From an uncultured Gammaproteobacteria bacterium (GTDB lineage Bacteria; Patescibacteriota; Microgenomatia; Levybacterales; UBA12049), in contig OZ246394.1 of assembly GCA_965230895.1 (NCBI GenBank), positions 313,316 to 377,315 on the forward strand: a DNA stretch of 64,000 nt. Direction: 5' to 3'. The notes beneath the pieces are model-generated. The model was not told the origin of the DNA. It did not search any database and worked only from the letters and a program-made list of their open reading frames with translations. Made by a program: the position numbers and the translations under genes. Shown piece after piece: positions 57,378-64,000 of this stretch; the stretch's first letter is position 1; the number at the start of each line of letters is the position of its first letter.

Positions 57378-57896
57378 ATGAAAAAAGAACGTGAAGATAA
57401 AATAAGAAGAATACACTTTGGGAAACTATCTGTAAATGAAATTAATAAAATAACTCAAGTAGAAACTATTTTGATTTTAGATGAACTGAATGATCAACTC
57501 AGAAAGCTAAATGAAAATCTGGTAAAGTCTGATAATCAAAGTCAAAAATTAGAACAGTCGAACTATAGATTGCAATGGATTATGTTGATCCTAACAGCTA
57601 TCACTGCATTTGTTGCTATCTATCCATTTATAGAAGCATTTACTTTATATCTCGCATTACAATTATCTCCTGTTATTTCTTCTATGCTTAGGATTAATTT
57701 GCTTTCTAATGAACTTATCCAAATATTGGCTTCTATTGTAACGGCGTCACTCGGGATATTGTTTGCGTACATTACGAACCGTCGGGTATCAAATCTCTAT
57801 ACAATTAATTTAGAAGATCATATTAAACTAAGAGATAGTTTACATATTATATTAAGGGATAAAGATGGGAATATAAAGGAAGAGAGAGATATTTAA
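57378..57896 (+). CDS. Hypothetical protein with coiled-coil N-terminus and two TM helices
   Basis: No motif recognised. Confidence 0.35.
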   Translation: MKKEREDKIRRIHFGKLSVNEINKITQVETILILDELNDQLRKLNENLVKSDNQSQKLEQSNYRLQWIMLILTAITAFVAIYPFIEAFTLYLALQLSPVISSMLRINLLSNELIQILASIVTASLGILFAYITNRRVSNLYTINLEDHIKLRDSLHIILRDKDGNIKEERDI

Positions 57897-59236
57897 CTTT
57901 TCTTTTTCTTTTCAGGTTCGAGGTATCTGGCAGCGAGTAATTTATATGCTGGGAGTCTCATACATACAAGTGTCATTATAAGCCCAATGAATCCAGTCAA
58001 AATGAAGACCAAAGCAATTCCTCTTCCCTGACCAACCCCAAACCAATCTCCAATCAGATCAACACCCGCGCCAGTCGTCATGTATGGGATAAAGATAAAT
58101 TGTGCAACAGGTCCAATCATAAAAGCAGTCAATGGACTTGCTGCTTGCTCTACACTTTGTGCAAATCCAAACACTCTCCCCTGTCTTTCATATGGTACAA
58201 CTTTTTGGATAATTGTTTGTTCAGCTGCTTCGACAAATGGTATGAGGATCATATACAGAAGGATTCCTCCTGCAAAAAGCCAAATTGAAGGCTGGATTGT
58301 AAAGAAAATACAGATGATCCACATGATGATATTTACGCGGAAAACTGTTGTAAGAGGATTCTTGCCAAGACCTCTTTTCGCAATTAATGCACCACCGACC
58401 ATAAATCCTAGACTTGTAACAGCCAAGACAAGTCCCCATTGCTGGACGTTCACAAGGGATAAACCATACGCATCCATCAACGACATGAAGACACCACCGA
58501 GGAAATTATTAAATGTAGAGAAGAAAATGAGTGCAAACATACCAGGGATTGTTCCGATAATTTTTATCGTTCCACTGATATCAATCTTTTTCGGTTTTTC
58601 TTCTGTATGCACAATTGCCTTCTCCGGGATATTGATATAGGCTAAATGAATAATTGTTATCGCAAGAAGTACAATTGCTGAGAGAAGTACCCAGAACATT
58701 CCTGCAAATCCCAATAAGATTCCACTGATGATGGAACAAATTGAGAACGAAACTCCAAAAACCATTCCTGATAAACCGTTTGCTTTATCTCGTTTGTCTT
58801 CATCAACCAAGATGGTGGTTACTGTAGAAAGTGCTATGTTTCTGATATTCCCGGCTATTGCACCTGCAAGAATGACAGTGACAAAAAACCAATACTGCCA
58901 ATTTGCTACTGACTGAAATGCAGATTCAGGAGTGAAATGATAAAAAGCTAACGCAACGATAAATAAAGCAAGTGTACAGACATTTGAAACTTGCATTGCA
59001 ATCTTTTTCTTGTGATGGTCCACAAGTGATCCAAACCACAAACTTGAGAGAGCTGTCATAACAAGGTAAACTCCGCCAATAATTGACGTTGCGAGGACGG
59101 ACTTTGTTTCAAGATATGCCCAAAAAGTCAGTGCAAACCAGACATAACCATTGGCAACATTGACTACCAATGTATTCCCTAGAATTTGATAAAACGCTTT
59201 CATTACATTCATTATAGCAGAAGTTGAGCTCAACAT
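57893..59236 (-). CDS. MFS transporter (12-TMS)
   Basis: 12 TM helices, MFS loop pattern. ATGA-type 4-nt overlap with the upstream convergent gene end. Confidence 0.75.
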   Translation of the reverse strand: MLSSTSAIMNVMKAFYQILGNTLVVNVANGYVWFALTFWAYLETKSVLATSIIGGVYLVMTALSSLWFGSLVDHHKKKIAMQVSNVCTLALFIVALAFYHFTPESAFQSVANWQYWFFVTVILAGAIAGNIRNIALSTVTTILVDEDKRDKANGLSGMVFGVSFSICSIISGILLGFAGMFWVLLSAIVLLAITIIHLAYINIPEKAIVHTEEKPKKIDISGTIKIIGTIPGMFALIFFSTFNNFLGGVFMSLMDAYGLSLVNVQQWGLVLAVTSLGFMVGGALIAKRGLGKNPLTTVFRVNIIMWIICIFFTIQPSIWLFAGGILLYMILIPFVEAAEQTIIQKVVPYERQGRVFGFAQSVEQAASPLTAFMIGPVAQFIFIPYMTTGAGVDLIGDWFGVGQGRGIALVFILTGFIGLIMTLVCMRLPAYKLLAARYLEPEKKKKS

Positions 59237-59281
59237 TTTCGATATTTGTCATACCTATTGCGATCATGCTAATGTAGAAGT

Positions 59282-60199
59282 ATGGAAGAAAGTCAGCAAC
59301 AACATAGGATCGAAGAACGTATTCAGCCGCCTGATTTAGAAGCTGATCAACAAGCTGAGCCTCCACACCATGTCTCAAATAAACCAATTGTTATTGGTTT
59401 GCTTATCTTAGGAGTCCTTTTCCTTATCGGAATTTATTATTTTACTGTGCACCCAAGACCTCCAGTCACTGATACAATTCAAGACCAAGCGATGCTTTCC
59501 GTTGCGCCGACAAAGCCTATTGAGGTCGATTGGGAATTTGATGGAAACCAATGGAAAGCTTCAACAACGCCGCCGGCTTGTCAGGAGCCAATCGTTTTTG
59601 AGCAATTAGTCGATTTGAGCTTAGTCTCGGCAATTCTATATCCTGGCCAAGTTCGTGGTGGTGATTACAAACCACATGGAGGTTTTGTCTTTGCTAATAG
59701 ATTAAATGAAGAGATTGTTGTCCGTGCTCCAATGGATGCTCGACTGATTGCTGGAAGTAGATATATTGAACAAGGTGAAGTTCAATATCTTTTGTTCTTT
59801 GTAAATTCTTGCGGTATCGCCTATAGATTTGATCATTTGTTAACTTTGGCACCGGAGATACAAAAAGTAGTTGATACCCTCCCTCAACCAGTTGAGAATA
59901 ATTCACAAACCACTAAATTTGCATCACCGTCTGCAGTAAAAAAAGGTGATCCGATAGCGACGGCAATTGGTTTTAAAAATACACAAAATGTGACATTTGA
60001 TTTCGGAGTGTACGACTTACGCAAACAAAATGTAATGGCTTCTGATGCGGCTTTTGCACAGTTCCATGCAGATGAAAAGGATCAAGCATATTATGCAGTT
60101 TGTTGGCTAGATCTTTTCCCAACTGATCAGGTCGCTACAATTAAAAGTTTCCCTGGAGGTGATGCTTTAGTCGGGAAAGCAAGTGATTACTGTAAGTAA
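59282..60199 (+). CDS. Hypothetical secreted/membrane-anchored protein
   Basis: Acidic N-terminus, one TM helix, ~230-aa extracytoplasmic domain with 4 Cys. Confidence 0.35.
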   Translation: MEESQQQHRIEERIQPPDLEADQQAEPPHHVSNKPIVIGLLILGVLFLIGIYYFTVHPRPPVTDTIQDQAMLSVAPTKPIEVDWEFDGNQWKASTTPPACQEPIVFEQLVDLSLVSAILYPGQVRGGDYKPHGGFVFANRLNEEIVVRAPMDARLIAGSRYIEQGEVQYLLFFVNSCGIAYRFDHLLTLAPEIQKVVDTLPQPVENNSQTTKFASPSAVKKGDPIATAIGFKNTQNVTFDFGVYDLRKQNVMASDAAFAQFHADEKDQAYYAVCWLDLFPTDQVATIKSFPGGDALVGKASDYCK

Positions 60200-60271
60200 G
60201 TGTTGTTTATCAAAGAAGACAATTTCATATAAATCATTGACTCTTCACTAGCTTCCCTATACCATAAGAAT

Positions 60272-63118
60272 ATGCACCTAAATCAGTTAACGCAACCTCA
60301 AAAGAAGATGATTTCTTATGGTGTCCTCGCCCTCTTTTTACTCGTTATTCCATTTAATATTATTCTGCTCCAACAACAGAACGATGTCCGAAGTAGAGCT
60401 TCTCAAGATGAATCGTTTGCTCTTACATCTCCGATACAAAACGGGACAATTAAATCCACAGTGACGCTTGCTGCAAATGTAAATGTTCCAATTGGTCATC
60501 ATGGAGTGAAATTCGTTGTCGATGGAGTTTCAGTCGGCTCTGATGACACGGCTCCTTATATGATTCAGTGGGATTCAACAACCATAAAGGATGGAACACA
60601 TACAATCGTTGTAAAAGAAATTAATGAAGAAAAACCTGATGCTGAACGATCTTCTGCTCCAATCACTGTAACAGTTTCAAATGATCCCAATGATAAAACA
60701 GCAGCTGCTGTGACCGCAGTCAAAGAAGATCTTGTTCAAGATAATTTTGCGACAATTGCCTGGGATACCAATGATAAAACTTCTTCACAAGTAATCTATA
60801 AGCAAGTTGGTGGTACAGATAAATATACATCCGTGAATACTGTTTTGACTGATGATCATTCAGTTGCCTTATCGAATTTACAACCAAGTACAGAATATGT
60901 CTATCAGGTCAAAAGTACCGATGCTGCAGGAAATACGACACTCTCTGAAGAGCAATCGTTCGTCACTGCTGCTGACTCAAACGCGACAATTGGACAATGG
61001 CAAAAAGTAAGTGGCTGGAATTTTCCTACCGTGCATGCATCGCTCCTTTATACAGGAGAATTGATGTTATGGAGTTGGAACCCTTCCAATGCTGTTGACG
61101 GAACACAATTATGGAATTATCAAACAAACCAATTTACTAAAGTTGGGATTTCAAATAATATCTTTTGTGCGGGTCAGGCTTTCCTTCCAGACGGAAGACT
61201 CATTGTGGCCGGAGGACATATAAATAATAGTGTTGGAACAAAGAATATTAATATTTATGATCCCGCAACAAAAACCTGGTCTGCAGGTCCAATGATGCGA
61301 GATGGACGCTGGTATCCGACAGTGAACGTTTTACCAAACGGAAAAACAATCATATTAACTGGAGATATTACTACGAGCAAAATGGCTGTGAATCCGGAAA
61401 TATATGACTATAAAACAGGTTCGTTATCACTGGTAAATACTATTCAAACCAATACTCTTGCAGCATACTCAGCAACATTCCCTTTTGAAACGAATAAACT
61501 ATTTACTATTTCCTATGGTAATGCTGATATGTACATAATGGATGCTGATGCAAAGACATGGACGTATAAAGGTAAAGCTCTTAATACCGGAGGTGCAACT
61601 GCACAATATCGACCAGGGAAAATTTTGATGACTGGTGGAAGAGCAGGGTCTGGAGCTGATAAAAAAGCAGCAATCATTGATATTAATAGTGGCAATTTCA
61701 CCTGGAAAACAGTAGCACCAATGCAATATGGCAGATATTTCCATAATTTGGTTAATCTTCCGGATGGGAAAGTCCTTGCAGTTGGAGGCGGTTCGAATTC
61801 CGATACAAGTGGAACAAGTGGTCCTCTCGCAAATGAAATATGGGATCCTGCAACAGAACAATGGACAACTGTAGCTCCTTTAAGTGTGAAGCGTATGTAC
61901 CACTCAACAGCAATACTTCTTCCAGATGGTCGGGTTGTTGCATCAGGTGGAAGAAATGGAAATGGCGAAAATTATGATGCTGAGATCTATTCTCCACCCT
62001 ATCTTTTCAAGGGAAATCGTCCGACTATTTCTCAAGCACCATCATCCATAAATCGTGGATCTACAATTACGATCACTACTCCAGAAGCTTCTTCAATCGG
62101 TCAAGTAAACTTACTTTCACTTGCCGCACAAACACATACACATGATATGAGTCAGAGGTTTGTGCCATTATCGTTTACAAAAACAGCAGGCGGCTTGCAA
62201 GCACAAATTCCAAGTGATATTGCAGTACTTCCAGACGGATATTTCATGCTATTTATTGTTACCAATGATGGCGTTCCTTCCGTTGCTAAAATGATGAAGG
62301 TAACAAATCAAGTTGTTCCGACACCGACAACCCCTGCAACACCAAAACCAACAGCGACAAAAGCACCAACGCCTACATCTACAAAAACAGCAACACCGAC
62401 TCCAACGAAAAAAGTAACTCCTACTCCGACAAGGTCTGCATATCCGACATTGACCAGTACACCAGTGCCTACGAAAAAACCGACAGCAACAATTGCTCCA
62501 ACGTTGCCACCGTCACCAACTCCGACGAGAATTCCAGTAGTTCGACCTACACTACAGCCGACTCCGACAATTAACCCAAGTGCAACCAATCTTGCGCTTT
62601 CAATTGGACTCCATGGTATTGGAAGAGGTGGAGAGAAATTGAGCGCAACTGCTTCAGGAAACCTTGATCCTTTCAGAAAACAGAGAGTCTTTACTGTGGT
62701 TGTCCGAAACCTGGACAACCAGCAAGTTGCCTCAGCATCAGCAATGCTTACGTATAATGATCAGCTTGGCACCTATCAGGGATATATTCCTGTTACCAAT
62801 CTCACTTCAGGACAATATACTTTTGTCTTAAGGACTGCAAATTATCTCGGGCAATCTATTCCAGGGGTGAAGCAAATAACACAACAACAGGCAAATGCTC
62901 TCAGTTCAATTTCTCTCGTTGCAGGTGATGCCAATAATGATAATAAAGTAAGTGTTCTTGACTATAACGTACTTATGGATTGCTTCAGTGACCTCACACC
63001 TCCAAAAGCATGTACTGTAGACAAGAGAAATGCAACTGATTTGAATGATGATGGGTATGTGAATCAAGTTGATTACAATTTCTTCTTGCGTGAACTCTCA
63101 GTATTTGAGGGTAATTAA
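60272..63118 (+). CDS. Secreted galactose-oxidase-like copper radical oxidase: Ig-like and FN3 domains, kelch beta-propeller, DUF1929-like domain, Pro/Thr linker, C-terminal dockerin
   Basis: Signal/TM anchor. NIFCAGQAFLPDGRLIVAGG (compare GAOX FCPG...GQIVVTGG; the Cys of the Tyr-Cys cofactor is at 61166-61168). RWYPTV and KRMYHSTAILLPDGRVVASGG (axial Tyr/His), THTHDMSQRF. Dockerin repeats GDANNDNKVSVLDYNVL and DLNDDGYVNQVDYNFF. Confidence 0.75.
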   Translation: MHLNQLTQPQKKMISYGVLALFLLVIPFNIILLQQQNDVRSRASQDESFALTSPIQNGTIKSTVTLAANVNVPIGHHGVKFVVDGVSVGSDDTAPYMIQWDSTTIKDGTHTIVVKEINEEKPDAERSSAPITVTVSNDPNDKTAAAVTAVKEDLVQDNFATIAWDTNDKTSSQVIYKQVGGTDKYTSVNTVLTDDHSVALSNLQPSTEYVYQVKSTDAAGNTTLSEEQSFVTAADSNATIGQWQKVSGWNFPTVHASLLYTGELMLWSWNPSNAVDGTQLWNYQTNQFTKVGISNNIFCAGQAFLPDGRLIVAGGHINNSVGTKNINIYDPATKTWSAGPMMRDGRWYPTVNVLPNGKTIILTGDITTSKMAVNPEIYDYKTGSLSLVNTIQTNTLAAYSATFPFETNKLFTISYGNADMYIMDADAKTWTYKGKALNTGGATAQYRPGKILMTGGRAGSGADKKAAIIDINSGNFTWKTVAPMQYGRYFHNLVNLPDGKVLAVGGGSNSDTSGTSGPLANEIWDPATEQWTTVAPLSVKRMYHSTAILLPDGRVVASGGRNGNGENYDAEIYSPPYLFKGNRPTISQAPSSINRGSTITITTPEASSIGQVNLLSLAAQTHTHDMSQRFVPLSFTKTAGGLQAQIPSDIAVLPDGYFMLFIVTNDGVPSVAKMMKVTNQVVPTPTTPATPKPTATKAPTPTSTKTATPTPTKKVTPTPTRSAYPTLTSTPVPTKKPTATIAPTLPPSPTPTRIPVVRPTLQPTPTINPSATNLALSIGLHGIGRGGEKLSATASGNLDPFRKQRVFTVVVRNLDNQQVASASAMLTYNDQLGTYQGYIPVTNLTSGQYTFVLRTANYLGQSIPGVKQITQQQANALSSISLVAGDANNDNKVSVLDYNVLMDCFSDLTPPKACTVDKRNATDLNDDGYVNQVDYNFFLRELSVFEGN

Positions 63119-63146
63119 TACATAAAGTTTACAAATCTCAAGTATA

Positions 63147-63545
63147 GTGGAAATTATGTTTAAAGATACCAAAGCATTCTCCGGATTTTCAGTAAGCAAT
63201 ACTGAAAAAGCAAAAGAATTTTATTCTGGAGTTCTCGGAATTGAAGTAACAGAAGAAGCAATGGGGATTCTTTCTTTGCATTTAGCTGGTGGAAATACTG
63301 TTATGATTTATCCCAAAGATAATCATGAACCAGCAACATTCACTATTCTTAATTTTCCTGTCGATGATATTGATGAAGCAGTCGATGAGCTTACGCAAAA
63401 AGGTGTTACGTTCGAACACTATTCCGGAGATATAGCAACCGATGAGAAAGGCATTCTTCGTGGACTAACAGCAAATATGGGTCCGGATATTGCTTGGTTT
63501 AAAGATCCTGCTGGCAATATCCTTTCAGTGCTCCAAAGTAAATAA
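63147..63545 (+). CDS. VOC (glyoxalase) family protein
   Basis: [24 protein letters not shown]... Confidence 0.7.
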   Translation: MEIMFKDTKAFSGFSVSNTEKAKEFYSGVLGIEVTEEAMGILSLHLAGGNTVMIYPKDNHEPATFTILNFPVDDIDEAVDELTQKGVTFEHYSGDIATDEKGILRGLTANMGPDIAWFKDPAGNILSVLQSK

Positions 63546-63547
63546 GT

Positions 63548-64000
63548 ATGAACCAACCCGAACTCTTTTTAGCTTCAGAAAAAGCGCTTACTGCTATCGT
63601 TTCACAAATACGAGATGATCAATGGGATCTTAAGGCTCCGAAAGAAATGGTCTTTGATGGAACAGACAAATGGACTGTACGGAGTTTGATTAATTATCAT
63701 GCTTATGATGACGCCTGGGTTCCAGATGTTTTGGCCGGGAAAACAAAAGAAGAAGTTGGGACAAAATATGATGGAGATCTGTTGGGAGCAAATCCTATGG
63801 AAAGTTGGAATGCAATTGTCGATAAAGCTTCAAATGCCGCAAAAAATGCAGATCTAAAAATGAATGTTCATTTATCTTATGGTGACTTTCCTGCAGAAGA
63901 ATATTTGTATCACATCTCGCTATTTCGTACATTAAGGACAGTCGACTTTGCTCGATTTTTAGGCTTTGATGACACTTTACCTGAAGATTTAGCTCAAGGT
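63548..64000 (+). CDS. DinB/MDMPI-like (maleylpyruvate-isomerase N-terminal domain-like) protein, partial; runs off window end
   Basis: ORF continues past 64000. Weak pattern. Confidence 0.35.
   Translation, partial: MNQPELFLASEKALTAIVSQIRDDQWDLKAPKEMVFDGTDKWTVRSLINYHAYDDAWVPDVLAGKTKEEVGTKYDGDLLGANPMESWNAIVDKASNAAKNADLKMNVHLSYGDFPAEEYLYHISLFRTLRTVDFARFLGFDDTLPEDLAQG

Noticed and set aside
61499-62718. Minus-strand ORFs inside the galactose-oxidase-like gene (61499..61861, 61752..61997, 62308..62718) and plus or minus ORFs inside the lectin and tyrosinase genes (43353..43880, 42882..43328, 48153..48585, 49155..49442)
   Set aside because: They are antisense or off-frame to strongly supported multidomain genes. 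The 62308..62718 frame is simply the reverse of the Pro/Thr-linker codons (Gly/Val-rich).
1-64000. CRISPR arrays, rRNA genes, insertion sequences, integrases or prophage genes
   Set aside because: I scanned the intergenic gaps and repeats by eye. There are no regularly spaced direct repeats, no transposase, integrase or recombinase motifs, and no phage structural genes. The TopIB at the edge is a cellular-type topoisomerase, not a tyrosine recombinase, as far as its core motifs go.

Overview
This is a 64 kb, gene-dense, low-GC bacterial chromosomal segment with about 80 protein-coding genes on both strands and one tRNA-Gln(UUG). I found no CRISPR array, rRNA, transposase or integrase. The genes are mostly accessory, stress and efflux functions.

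Efflux and regulation:
- An RND pump with its membrane-fusion protein.
- Three DHA2-type MFS transporters, two of them beside MarR regulators.
- A fourth, 12-TMS MFS transporter.

Signalling:
- Three soluble PAS histidine kinases, each paired with a stand-alone CheY-like receiver.
- A fourth, orphan receiver.
- One kinase gene is interrupted by a single in-frame TGA.

Redox and secreted proteins:
- An ApbE flavin-transferase gene directly upstream of a fusion of an RnfD/NqrB-like membrane domain to an FNR-like reductase.
- A di-copper tyrosinase with two tandem N-terminal repeat domains.
- A galactose-oxidase-like copper-radical oxidase carrying a C-terminal dockerin.
- A large surface protein with a canonical EPN/WND C-type lectin domain and a C-terminal LysM.

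Other genes:
- A partial poxvirus-type DNA topoisomerase IB at the 5' edge, found only by translating the minus strand by hand.
- Housekeeping genes: def, ung, a pseudouridine synthase and tspO.
- An Na+/H+ antiporter.
- Three RibD_C DHFR-like paralogs and three VOC/glyoxalase paralogs.
- An XRE-DUF2975 module.
- Many DUF-type small proteins.

All functional calls are by motif recognition from memory. No database search was possible, so family assignments need HMM confirmation.
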